Source: a virus
Taxonomy: Duplodnaviria; Caudoviricetes
Virus record (IMG/VR): IMGVR_UViG_3300023100_000005
Coordinates: 1 to 52,506 of that record
DNA: 52,506 nt
Strand: one strand, 5' to 3'
The translations under genes were made by a program, and so were the position numbers. Shown piece by piece: positions 1 through 8,487 of the stretch (position 1 is its first letter; the number at the start of each line of letters is the position of its first letter). Under the pieces are notes generated by a model that saw only the letters and a program-made list of their open reading frames with translations, had not been told where the DNA came from and did no database searches.

Positions 1-141
1 TACAAGGGGCCAAACAGCAAATGTGCCGGCAACAAATACGATAAACAAAACCACGACGAACTCGAAAAAATTTACGCATTTGATCAGGCCGGACTGCGTG
101 AATATGTTGATTCATGGCCTTTAACCCAACTTTATAAATAA
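1..141 (+). CDS. C-terminal 46 aa of the GT11-GT2/7 glycosyltransferase fusion that starts at 51029 (wraps the origin)
   Basis: Frame 1 reads YKGPNSKCAGNKYDKQNHDELEKIYAFDQAGLREYVDSWPLTQLYK*, continuing ...LYHMDHYKG from the window end via the 8-nt overlap; TAA 139-141 overlaps the next ATG. Confidence 0.8.
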   Translation, partial: YKGPNSKCAGNKYDKQNHDELEKIYAFDQAGLREYVDSWPLTQLYK

Positions 142-479
142 TGGATAATATAGAAGCATTAAATACAATAATTGATAAAATTTTTACATTGCCTTTTAAT
201 GAATTTGAAGTAAAATCTAATCCTGATAATGAATCTATGAATTATAGGTTAGAGACGAAAATTAATGATGTAAATTGTGTTTTAGAATTATTAAGGCCTG
301 AAAGAATAACATTTATAAGATTAATACTTAATGGAGATGTTTTTTTCGTTCGTCAACTTGAACTTAAATGGATGGAAGTTGAAGGGTGGGATGTAAAATT
401 TCATAATATTGTTGAGTTAAAATTAGGTGAATCAAGGAATAAATCAATTAATATTTTTTATAAAAAAATATTAGGGTAA
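141..479 (+). CDS. hypothetical protein
   Basis: 112-aa AT-rich ORF, TAATG-coupled to the upstream gene. Confidence 0.6.
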   Translation: MDNIEALNTIIDKIFTLPFNEFEVKSNPDNESMNYRLETKINDVNCVLELLRPERITFIRLILNGDVFFVRQLELKWMEVEGWDVKFHNIVELKLGESRNKSINIFYKKILG

Positions 480-481
480 TA

Positions 482-724
482 ATGGATTTAAAAGCCGCTT
501 TAAAGGACCCATTGTGGGTTAAGCATAAATTAGGTTTCCGTTACATAATGGACAGGTCAACCGGATGGAAAATTGCATATTACCCAATTTTTCAAGATGG
601 CAAGACCGGCGAATTTTATGAAGAACCGAGGGCTTTAGTTGAAAAATGTATACCGGGCGGCGGTACTGATTTTAGAGAAGTGCCATTGAGATATTTAATA
701 CCAACAAATTACTTAAAAATATAA
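482..724 (+). CDS. hypothetical protein
   Basis: 80-aa ORF tightly packed in the operon. Confidence 0.6.
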   Translation: MDLKAALKDPLWVKHKLGFRYIMDRSTGWKIAYYPIFQDGKTGEFYEEPRALVEKCIPGGGTDFREVPLRYLIPTNYLKI

Positions 725-727
725 ATT

Positions 728-1297
728 ATGCCAACAGAAACAGGAATTTTTACGGAAGAAGATGCAAAAACCGGGCATTTGTTCAGTTACCGTTTAGCGG
801 AATACATCGCCGGTATTTTCAAAAAAACATTGCCGGTATACGATTACGGTTGCGGCCCAGGTAGTTATTTAAAATACCTGAATGATGTAGGCTTTGGACA
901 CATTACCGGAATAGAAGGTACCGAAAAAATACAGATGGAAGTTCCTGTATCAATGGTTTTAAAAAAGGATTTAAGCCAAAGACTTGACCTTAAATTAAAC
1001 GCCGGAAATGTAATGTGTATAGAGGTTTGGGAGCATTTACCTAAGCAATTTGAACAGCCGTTTTTAGAAAACATTACCGAACATGTAATTAAAGGCGGTT
1101 TTTTGGTTATGTCATGCGCGCATGAAGGCCAGCAAGGTTATGGGCATGTTAATACGCGACCTGACTGGTATGTAATTGAAAAAATTGAGGATTTAGGCTT
1201 CATTATGGAACCGCAAATGACAAAAAATGTGCGTTCTGTTATTGAAGGTCACGTTGCTTATTTGCGTGAAAATTTATTCGTATTCAGAAAGATTTAA
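728..1297 (+). CDS. class I SAM-dependent methyltransferase (polysaccharide-cluster type)
   Basis: Motif I YDYGCGPG, CIEVWEHL, GQQGYGHVN. Confidence 0.85.
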   Translation: MPTETGIFTEEDAKTGHLFSYRLAEYIAGIFKKTLPVYDYGCGPGSYLKYLNDVGFGHITGIEGTEKIQMEVPVSMVLKKDLSQRLDLKLNAGNVMCIEVWEHLPKQFEQPFLENITEHVIKGGFLVMSCAHEGQQGYGHVNTRPDWYVIEKIEDLGFIMEPQMTKNVRSVIEGHVAYLRENLFVFRKI

Positions 1298-1299
1298 CT

Positions 1300-1494
1300 A
1301 TGAAATTATTAAAAATTACAATATTTATTTTATTGGCTATTTTCTGTTGTTCGATAGCAGTTAATTCACTTTTAACAGGACTACTTAATTTTATACGTAA
1401 TCCAGAATCTTGGGGTGCAATTCAATGTTCAGTTGGAATTTTAGGTATAAAAAGTTCTTTGTCAATATTTAATTTAGCTTATAAATGCAAGTAA
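1300..1494 (+). CDS. small membrane protein
   Basis: 64 aa with two hydrophobic stretches. Confidence 0.5.
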   Translation: MKLLKITIFILLAIFCCSIAVNSLLTGLLNFIRNPESWGAIQCSVGILGIKSSLSIFNLAYKCK

Positions 1495-2141
1495 AAAACT
1501 CACTCGATAAGCTTTTTATAAAGCACGGAACCGATAAAAGTTCCCAGCACCATAATTACTCACCATACTACGAAAAACACTTCGAAAAGTTCCGTTTCAC
1601 AAATACGAAACTTGTGGCCGTTGGAATTGGCGGATATGAATATCCGGACAGAGGCGGTGGCGATATTAAAGCCTTTTCTGAGTACTTTATAAGCCAAAAG
1701 GCACAAATACACGCCATTGACATTTTCGATAAGTCTGGGCTTAAATTTGACCCCCGTGTAAGCGTTTATAAAGGCAGCCAAGATGATGGCGATTTTCTTA
1801 TGGAAGTAATGCTAAAATGTGGCGAACCGGATATCATCATCGATGATGCAAGTCATTTCTGTAAGCCTACAATTCAAACTTTTAAGCATTTATTTCCCTG
1901 GTTAAAAAGTGGCGGAGTTTATGTTATTGAAGACCTTGAGGGAAGTTTTTATCCTGATCATGGTTTTGGTGGCACACAAAATTTCATGGATTTTAAAGCC
2001 GAAACACCTATTAACCTTATGCGTGAATTGATAAACTGTGTAAACGAAAAGTTTTTGCCTGTTGAATTTTCAGCCGAATCGGTTTACAAAATTGAGTCTA
2101 TACATTTTTACCAGAACATTGTATTCGTTATAAAAAAATAG
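1485..2141 (+). CDS. sugar O-methyltransferase, MycE/TylE-like
   Basis: GTDK..H.Y..YYE.HF, GIGGY..P..GG, AIDI, GSQDD, DIIIDDASH, LFPWLKSGGVYVIEDL. Confidence 0.8.
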   Translation: MQVKNSLDKLFIKHGTDKSSQHHNYSPYYEKHFEKFRFTNTKLVAVGIGGYEYPDRGGGDIKAFSEYFISQKAQIHAIDIFDKSGLKFDPRVSVYKGSQDDGDFLMEVMLKCGEPDIIIDDASHFCKPTIQTFKHLFPWLKSGGVYVIEDLEGSFYPDHGFGGTQNFMDFKAETPINLMRELINCVNEKFLPVEFSAESVYKIESIHFYQNIVFVIKK

Positions 2142-2143
2142 CC

Positions 2144-2851
2144 ATGGCAAACGACGTTGTAATATTACTATGTAAAGGATCTTACTTTGAAATAAAGTAT
2201 TGCCTCCGTTCAATAGAAAAGCATTTAATTAATTACAACAAAGTTTGGTTGATTGGCGTAAAGCCGACTTTCCTTAATGATAAAATAAACTTCATTGAAC
2301 ATAAGGATATTTACACAAACAAAGCTCGAAACATAATGGCAAAGATTTTGCGGGCATCAACCGAAAAAGAAATAACACCAAACTTCATGCTTTTTAATGA
2401 TGATTATTTTTTACTGCAGCAAATGGACGCAGTAAATTTTCCGAATTATTATAAATCTGATCTTGAATATACGGTAAAAGTAAACGTTGGTGAATATCAA
2501 AAACACGCCAAGGCAACACTAATAGAATTAGCCCAACAACGCAGTACTATATTAAACTATGATGTACACCTGCCAACAATTTTCAACAAATATTTATATA
2601 AAAAAACAGTTGAAAAATTAAACTGGAATATTCCATTCGGGTACATTTCAAAATCTATTTATTGCAATTTAAACAACCTACCAGGCGAATTTGTGTCAGA
2701 TTGCAAAATAAGCCATGCTTACACTTTACCGCGTATTTTACAACTTAACGAAGGCCGGCAAATGTTTAGTACTGCTGAACCCGCCATGTGTTTGGCAATG
2801 AGAAAATACATTCAAACTTTGTATCCAGAAAAAAGTTCATTCGAACTATAA
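2144..2851 (+). CDS. Stealth-like sugar-1-phosphate transferase
   Basis: EIKYCLRSIEKH...VWLIGVKP.FL...FMLFNDDYF matches the Stealth CR2 signature; also YDVHLP. Confidence 0.7.
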   Translation: MANDVVILLCKGSYFEIKYCLRSIEKHLINYNKVWLIGVKPTFLNDKINFIEHKDIYTNKARNIMAKILRASTEKEITPNFMLFNDDYFLLQQMDAVNFPNYYKSDLEYTVKVNVGEYQKHAKATLIELAQQRSTILNYDVHLPTIFNKYLYKKTVEKLNWNIPFGYISKSIYCNLNNLPGEFVSDCKISHAYTLPRILQLNEGRQMFSTAEPAMCLAMRKYIQTLYPEKSSFEL

Positions 2852-2910
2852 TGTTAAATATTTAATAATATTTGCAGATATATGTAAATATGTATATATT
2901 TGCCGTATAA
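2851..2910 (+). promoter_or_regulatory. Bacteroidota sigma70 promoter with 10-bp-periodic ATAT array
   Basis: TTTG 2871-2874, 20-nt spacer, TATATTTG 2895-2902; ATAT at 2858/2868/2878/2888. Confidence 0.8.
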
Positions 2911-2937
2911 TTACCCAAACCATTAAAAGAAAATAAC

Positions 2938-3102
2938 ATGAGCATGAAGAAAATGTTAGGCGCTGCATTGTTAATGACCGCCGCAATTAGTACAACTCCG
3001 ATTAGTACAGGTTCGTCTAAAAAATCTGGAATGAAAAAATCTCAGATGACGCCTAAACAATTAAAGGCGCGTAAAAAAGCTAAGCGTAACAAAAGAAAAT
3101 AG
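2938..3102 (+). CDS. small basic protein (54 aa, not in ORF track)
   Basis: MSMKKMLGAALLMTAAISTTPISTGSSKKSGMKKSQMTPKQLKARKKAKRNKRK*; first ORF after the promoter, A-rich leader. Confidence 0.65.
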   Translation: MSMKKMLGAALLMTAAISTTPISTGSSKKSGMKKSQMTPKQLKARKKAKRNKRK

Positions 3103-3131
3103 TATTAACCCCACCAATTAAACCATAAGAG

Positions 3132-3524
3132 ATGGAAAAACTACCAAAAATACATAAGTGCGAATGTAACCACGGACAACTCATGAAGTGTGCAAACGTC
3201 GCAAAATATTCAGTGGTTCTAAGAACTCGAAGTAATGAAGGTGAAAATGCTCAAAAGGTAAATTCGTATCGTTGTGAAAATCATAAAAACAAAGGCACTA
3301 CCAATAGAAAGGTAATTGAACAAACTCCGTTAAACCAAGATGATAATTTAAAAATTGTTTATTCTTTTTTAAGGTCGTTGGTTGGTAAAACTATTTCATC
3401 ATCTTATCATACAGCCAAAGAATTAGAGGTTAAGTATGTAAAAGAAAATTGCGCAGTAATGTGTTTACAGCCTATTACTAAAAAATACAAATTAGTTTAT
3501 TATAATCAAATTAACCATGCCTAA
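3132..3524 (+). CDS. hypothetical protein with Cys/His-rich N-terminus
   Basis: CEC...C...CENH, possible Zn ligands. Confidence 0.55.
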   Translation: MEKLPKIHKCECNHGQLMKCANVAKYSVVLRTRSNEGENAQKVNSYRCENHKNKGTTNRKVIEQTPLNQDDNLKIVYSFLRSLVGKTISSSYHTAKELEVKYVKENCAVMCLQPITKKYKLVYYNQINHA

Positions 3525-3936
3525 CACCGAACCAAATAGCCAATGCGGCAAAGAGAGTGAAGTAGCAAAGTATTTAACCGGTACATTTACGTACGACTCA
3601 GAAGGTCAATATATTTGGCTTAAAGACTCAAAAGACAGTCTTCAAAAAATAGCTGACCTTAGGGGTTGGGGAAATATTCAAAATATGTTTAGGTTAAAAT
3701 CTGGATGGGTTGACGAAGAAAAAGCCGCTCAATTTCAGGATAAAGTCGGCGAGCACATTGTAAACATGCTTAATGATTACGCCGCCGCTAAATCAGAAGT
3801 GGAGAGTTTGACTGCCAAACTTGAAGCGTGTAAGGTGGGGCTTAATGAATTGCACGGAAAATATGCCGAAGATTACAGGGTTAAAAAAACATTTGTGATT
3901 ACGATTCAATATTTTTCTCGCAAAAACAAAATATAA
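3517..3936 (+). CDS. hypothetical protein, possibly frameshifted at an A7 run
   Basis: 139-aa ORF; one extra A at 3883-3889 extends it to TGA 4014-4016. Confidence 0.55.
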   Translation: MPNTEPNSQCGKESEVAKYLTGTFTYDSEGQYIWLKDSKDSLQKIADLRGWGNIQNMFRLKSGWVDEEKAAQFQDKVGEHIVNMLNDYAAAKSEVESLTAKLEACKVGLNELHGKYAEDYRVKKTFVITIQYFSRKNKI

Positions 3937-4015
3937 ACGCTAAAGCTAATGTGCCACTTTTAGCAAGTGTAGTATCTAACCTGAACGAATTACTAACAAC
4001 CCTAAACGAAAAGTG

Positions 4016-4411
4016 ATGGAAATAACAAGAGAAAAACAAACAAAACTTTATGATGCTGAAAAGGGTTTAAGGGGCAATTGCATGGTAGCTACTTATGCCA
4101 ACTTTTTAGGTTTAAAAATATCTGATTGTCCGGCATTTGAAGAGTTATTTGCTTGTACAAAGCCAAACGGATTTTGGTATTCATGTGTTGAATTGTGGTG
4201 GAAACATCATGGTTACGAAATATTTCACGCCAAAAATAAAAGCGAAATCCCTTTAGAATGTGAATATTATTTTGCTTACGGCATATCCAATCGCGACGTT
4301 ATGCATCAAGTGATTTATAAAAACGGCGAACTTTTTTTTGACCCCCATCCATCTAATGATGGCATACTTACAGAAGAAGGGTTTGAATATGTTATTAAAC
4401 TAATCCCATGA
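4016..4411 (+). CDS. papain/C39-like Cys-His-Asp protein
   Basis: GNCMVATYANFL...HQVIYKNGELFFDPHP. Confidence 0.5.
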   Translation: MEITREKQTKLYDAEKGLRGNCMVATYANFLGLKISDCPAFEELFACTKPNGFWYSCVELWWKHHGYEIFHAKNKSEIPLECEYYFAYGISNRDVMHQVIYKNGELFFDPHPSNDGILTEEGFEYVIKLIP

Positions 4412-4423
4412 CCCAATAAAACT

Positions 4424-4621
4424 ATGGAAACAACAACTGTAAGGCAAAATTTAATGACTGTTGAAAATTATGCACCTTATTGCGGTAATTATTTTTGCAG
4501 GTATAATGGCCCAAGAACAAAATGGAGCCATGAACATAATCAGTTCAAATGTAATTGTGGTTTTAAAACTGAATTTCCTCAAGAATTTATAGATAAATAC
4601 AAAGCAAAGTGGAACAAATAA
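4424..4621 (+). CDS. small Zn-ribbon protein
   Basis: YCGNYFC...FKCNCG. Confidence 0.55.
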   Translation: METTTVRQNLMTVENYAPYCGNYFCRYNGPRTKWSHEHNQFKCNCGFKTEFPQEFIDKYKAKWNK

Positions 4622-4932
4622 AGATACAAACAGGCAAGGCGAGCATAGTGCTTGTAGAATTGCCAGATGGTGCCACTCATTTTCAAATTGACGAAGATGG
4701 TTATTTTAATTATCATTACGCAAAACATGACGGTAATTATGGTGGAATGTTAGACGGCGTAATTGGCTACGAACTCCTCGGCCTATCAACTGAATTGACG
4801 GAGGAGCAATGCGAAATGATTGTAGACCAAGAACACTGGGTAATTCCTCCAATTGAATTGTTTAAACTGCTATTGACCGACAACAACGTAGACCCGTCCA
4901 AAAATTGGGTAGTGGTAATTGAAAAGAAATAA
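4609..4932 (+). CDS. hypothetical protein
   Basis: 107-aa ORF overlapping the upstream stop. Confidence 0.55.
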   Translation: MEQIKIQTGKASIVLVELPDGATHFQIDEDGYFNYHYAKHDGNYGGMLDGVIGYELLGLSTELTEEQCEMIVDQEHWVIPPIELFKLLLTDNNVDPSKNWVVVIEKK

Positions 4933-4935
4933 AGT

Positions 4936-5454
4936 ATGGAAATAAATAGAATCTGGGAAATGCCAAACAGTAATACTTTCGATATTCGATGTATTCATAA
5001 ATTGATTATGAAGCACCGTGAAGGTCTTGAAAACGTAGTTGGTCCCTTTGCTAACAAAAACAGAATAGCCAACATTACAAATGATTTGGATCCTGCGCAC
5101 GCTTGTAATTTTTCAATGGATGCTACTGATTTTCTAAAGATGCTTAACGAAAACTCAGTTGATATGGTTTTGTACGACCCTCCGTATTCAAGTAGGCAAA
5201 TATCTGAATGCTATAAAAAAATGGATATGGCTGTTAACATGCAAACTACTCAGGGTAGCTACTGGAGCAAACAAAAGGAACAAATAGGCCGTATTGTTAA
5301 GCCGGGCGGAATATGTATCACTTTCGGATGGAACTCTGGCGGCGTTGGTAAAAAGTATGGCTTTGAAATAATTGAAATTTTAATGGTGGCTCACGGCGGC
5401 TGGCACAACGATACAATTTGCACAGTTGAAAGGAAGTTAACCGAAAAGAAATAA
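4936..5454 (+). CDS. small phage N6-adenine DNA methyltransferase
   Basis: Catalytic DPPY, RIVKPGG, HGGWHNDTI; SAM-binding motif reads GPFAN rather than DPFA. Confidence 0.75.
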   Translation: MEINRIWEMPNSNTFDIRCIHKLIMKHREGLENVVGPFANKNRIANITNDLDPAHACNFSMDATDFLKMLNENSVDMVLYDPPYSSRQISECYKKMDMAVNMQTTQGSYWSKQKEQIGRIVKPGGICITFGWNSGGVGKKYGFEIIEILMVAHGGWHNDTICTVERKLTEKK

Positions 5455-5471
5455 TTTAAAAAATAGATAAG

Positions 5472-5729
5472 ATGAAAACAAAAGAAGAAATATTGGCACC
5501 TTATATTGAAGTTCCTTTTAGACATACAAAAATAGTTGAGGCTGATAATGCTTTAAAAGCTATGATAGAGTTGGAAAGACAATCTCTAATTAGTTTTTTG
5601 GAATGGTTTCAAAAACTCAATCCTTCTGATAAAATATCTCTATGGTCAAAGTCAGGCGAAGTTTCGGGAGTTTTTAATATGGATTCCGAGCAGATAGTAG
5701 ATAAATTTTTAGCTCCCACCCAGCAATGA
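5472..5729 (+). CDS. hypothetical protein
   Basis: 85-aa ORF in a packed array. Confidence 0.55.
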   Translation: MKTKEEILAPYIEVPFRHTKIVEADNALKAMIELERQSLISFLEWFQKLNPSDKISLWSKSGEVSGVFNMDSEQIVDKFLAPTQQ

Positions 5730-6211
5730 AACCAGAAGAAATAAAACACGATAATAGAGTAGCCGAGCTTGAATCAAAACTTGAAGAAGCCTATGTGGAT
5801 ATAACCAGACTTAGAAGTGTAATTGTTACCTATCATTTGGGTGAACACGAAAGTAAATTAACTGAACTCCAATCCACCATAGACCAGCAAAAGGCGGAGA
5901 TTGCCGATTTGAATGAAAACCTACATCTAAACCAAGTAAGGAACGGAAGCGAGCAACAGCAACTTATAGAAATGATCGGTAAGACGCCTCTCAAAGCTAT
6001 CCATGAATTACAATCCCAACTCACCGAAGCAAATCAGCGGGGTGAGAAGTTAGCAAGCGAGATTGGCCAATATTTTTTAATGTGCGAAATAGACGGAATT
6101 GCTGATTACGCTTATGATGTGGAGCAACGTAATTCAATTGTACGCAAAGCCCTATCCGAATACGAGTCAACTAAGGTGAAGTACAGAGCAGAAGGGAGTA
6201 GCGATGAGTAA
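5726..6211 (+). CDS. coiled-coil hypothetical protein
   Basis: Heptad-like LxELQSxL segments; ATGA overlap. Confidence 0.55.
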   Translation: MKPEEIKHDNRVAELESKLEEAYVDITRLRSVIVTYHLGEHESKLTELQSTIDQQKAEIADLNENLHLNQVRNGSEQQQLIEMIGKTPLKAIHELQSQLTEANQRGEKLASEIGQYFLMCEIDGIADYAYDVEQRNSIVRKALSEYESTKVKYRAEGSSDE

Positions 6212-6518
6212 AAAGACCCTACCATTAGACATTTTGGTAAACAATATTATTGAGTCTATTCTCGACGAAAACATATTAGACAAGGAAAAGTTACCCGGTA
6301 AAATAAGAAGTCTTTTATCAGTGTGGTTAAAAGTAATAAATGCTCCCGCTGATTGGGATGCAACAGATCCAAAAACTGATCTTGGTAAGGTTAAAAAAAT
6401 CAATGCAGAGAAAGAAATTAAAAATCTTTATTGGAGGGAAAAATTAAAGAGCTTAGTTAGTGAAGATCAAATGAAAAAGTGGAATGAAGAAATAAATAAC
6501 ATCACAAACCTATTGTAA
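6204..6518 (+). CDS. hypothetical protein
   Basis: 104-aa ORF. Confidence 0.55.
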   Translation: MSKKTLPLDILVNNIIESILDENILDKEKLPGKIRSLLSVWLKVINAPADWDATDPKTDLGKVKKINAEKEIKNLYWREKLKSLVSEDQMKKWNEEINNITNLL

Positions 6519-6553
6519 GGTGAAGTAATAAACAATTTAAACTATAAAACAAG

Positions 6554-6805
6554 ATGGGAAAAGTATCAGAATCAATTTGGGACAATGGGAAACATGTAAT
6601 TCCAATGGCTGAAATAAGTCATTTAGAAATCGAAAACTCAGGAAATAATAGAGGCTTGTGGGTAGTTTTTAAACACTCAAAAATAAATCCTCAGTCAAAA
6701 TTTACAATGAAAATGGAGCCTGCCATTTGGTTAAGCGGAGAAGATAAAAAAAGCATTATGAGAGACTGGTGTTATTACAGATCAGAATTAGAATCTTGCG
6801 TGTAA
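6554..6805 (+). CDS. hypothetical protein
   Basis: 83-aa ORF with A-rich leader. Confidence 0.55.
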   Translation: MGKVSESIWDNGKHVIPMAEISHLEIENSGNNRGLWVVFKHSKINPQSKFTMKMEPAIWLSGEDKKSIMRDWCYYRSELESCV

Positions 6806-6825
6806 ACAATTTAAAAACGGATAGG

Positions 6826-7053
6826 ATGAATTTCAATGATATAGAAGAAGCGCTCAGTAAATTAAAAGTAAACTCTAAAGGCGCAATTAGAGGGAAGAGC
6901 AAGGTTATTAATGAAATATTTTCCATGCACTTGAAGAAACTGGATAGTGATTTAATGGATATTCGTGTTTTTGTGGCAAAAGTAGCAAATGACAGTTCAG
7001 AAAAACCATTCTCAAAAATTGACGAATTTATTTACAAAAAACAAGTAGAATAA
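6826..7053 (+). CDS. hypothetical protein
   Basis: Likely start MNFNDIEE within the 6769 ORF. Confidence 0.5.
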   Translation: MNFNDIEEALSKLKVNSKGAIRGKSKVINEIFSMHLKKLDSDLMDIRVFVAKVANDSSEKPFSKIDEFIYKKQVE

Positions 7054-7084
7054 CCCCTCCTTGGCCGAGGATATTAAAGCCTGA

Positions 7085-7282
7085 ATGGAAATGTATAAAA
7101 TTGGCGACGAAGTCATGTATTCACAACTGGGTTTACAAAGGTTGAGTAAGTTTAAAAAGAAAAATAGAATTGGTGTAATAAAAGGCTTTACTAAAAATAA
7201 GGAATGTGCTAAGGTTGTTTGGTTCGGTACTTCCACACCTAGCAGTATTCACAAGGATTATATTAAATTATCAACGTTATAA
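7085..7282 (+). CDS. small SH3/KOW-like protein
   Basis: YKIGDEV...IGVIKG...VVWFG pattern. Confidence 0.5.
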   Translation: MEMYKIGDEVMYSQLGLQRLSKFKKKNRIGVIKGFTKNKECAKVVWFGTSTPSSIHKDYIKLSTL

Positions 7283-7332
7283 CCAACATCAGCCGCTGGG
7301 AACGGCTTTAAATTAAAACCCGATATAAAACA

Positions 7333-7713
7333 ATGAACAACTACCAACAACTATACTGGCTGACAAGGTTAGACGGTTTAAAAGGATTATCAGTAGCAAT
7401 AACAGTAATTTCTGTAGCCGCAGTATTTATTTGGATATTTTTTCGATACGTTATTATATATGAAAACGATGAGTATTTAAAGGCGTTGGATAAAAAAGCT
7501 AAATGGCCGCTGAGATTGGCTTACTCTTTAATCGTAGTTTTTGCCTTAGCGCAGGTTTTAATTCCTACGAAAAATGAAATGATCCTTATCTATGCAGGTG
7601 GTAAAACGATGGACTATGTGCAATCGGACACGTCTTTATCAAAAATTCCATATCAAGCCACAGCCTTAATATCAACAAAGCTTGACGAATATTTAAAGGA
7701 AGCTAAGAAGTAA
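7333..7713 (+). CDS. two-TM membrane protein
   Basis: Two hydrophobic helices, IPTKNEMILIY motif. Confidence 0.6.
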   Translation: MNNYQQLYWLTRLDGLKGLSVAITVISVAAVFIWIFFRYVIIYENDEYLKALDKKAKWPLRLAYSLIVVFALAQVLIPTKNEMILIYAGGKTMDYVQSDTSLSKIPYQATALISTKLDEYLKEAKK

Positions 7714-7776
7714 TCCACCTCCAGATAATTCGGGGATAAAGAGATGAAATTAAAACCAATAAAAACAATAATAAAT

Positions 7777-8133
7777 ATGAAAAAAATCATCGTAATTATA
7801 GCCTTAATCGGCTTAACGGCTTGTGAAAGTGAAAGTGAACGTAAACCTCAAACACCTGTTAATATTTACCCTGTTAAACAAGTGGAATACAAAACAGTAT
7901 CCTACAAAAAAGCTATTAAGGATTTAAAAGAAGTGCAAGAACAGTACACTGACTATCATTACAAATACGATGTTTGGAATGGAAAATTTCGCCAACAACC
8001 CAATGTTTATACAAAATCCAATTACTACGTTATTTACACTGATGGCAGTCATGAAGAAATAAGCAGGGATAAATGGCTAGGATTTTCAAAAGGTGATTCT
8101 GTAACATTTGTAAAGCAAGTCCCAATTAATTAA
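7777..8133 (+). CDS. lipoprotein
   Basis: MKKIIVIIALIGLTA-C lipobox. Confidence 0.7.
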   Translation: MKKIIVIIALIGLTACESESERKPQTPVNIYPVKQVEYKTVSYKKAIKDLKEVQEQYTDYHYKYDVWNGKFRQQPNVYTKSNYYVIYTDGSHEEISRDKWLGFSKGDSVTFVKQVPIN

Positions 8134-8198
8134 ACCCCTCTACCACCCACCAGATCAATCGGGTTTGGTGGGGGTTACCCAATTAAATAAAAATTTTG

Positions 8199-8206
8199 TA
8201 CTTTTG
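8199..8206 (+). promoter_or_regulatory. -7 promoter element upstream of the packaging genes
   Basis: TACTTTTG, 5 nt before ATG 8212. Confidence 0.5.
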
Positions 8207-8211
8207 TTTAA

Positions 8212-8487
8212 ATGGGTGGCAAAAAAAACAAGTACTTGGAAGGTGTTATTCCGGCGTTATATCGCCGCGAAACCATGCACACCGCTATATTTGTTTTTAT
8301 TGACACGTACCGCTTCCTTTACCCATCAATAACAATACAGGAGGCAGCGGCCACTTTCATGATCCGCTTCAAAATTGAACAGGATCTTTATGACCTGAAC
8401 ACCGTTGTTTCAGTTTACATGCGCGTTAACGCTGATTTAATAGATGCCCAAAGACTCGAAAATAAACAAAGACAACAAGGAGAATAA
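8212..8487 (+). CDS. hypothetical protein, possible HTH
   Basis: ITIQEAAATF...LNTVVSVYMR helical pattern; lies just before TerS. Confidence 0.55.
   Translation: MGGKKNKYLEGVIPALYRRETMHTAIFVFIDTYRFLYPSITIQEAAATFMIRFKIEQDLYDLNTVVSVYMRVNADLIDAQRLENKQRQQGE

Noticed and set aside
2832-2859. Complete dif-like attP site
   Set aside because: The XerD-like arm has a mismatch and the XerC side does not fit
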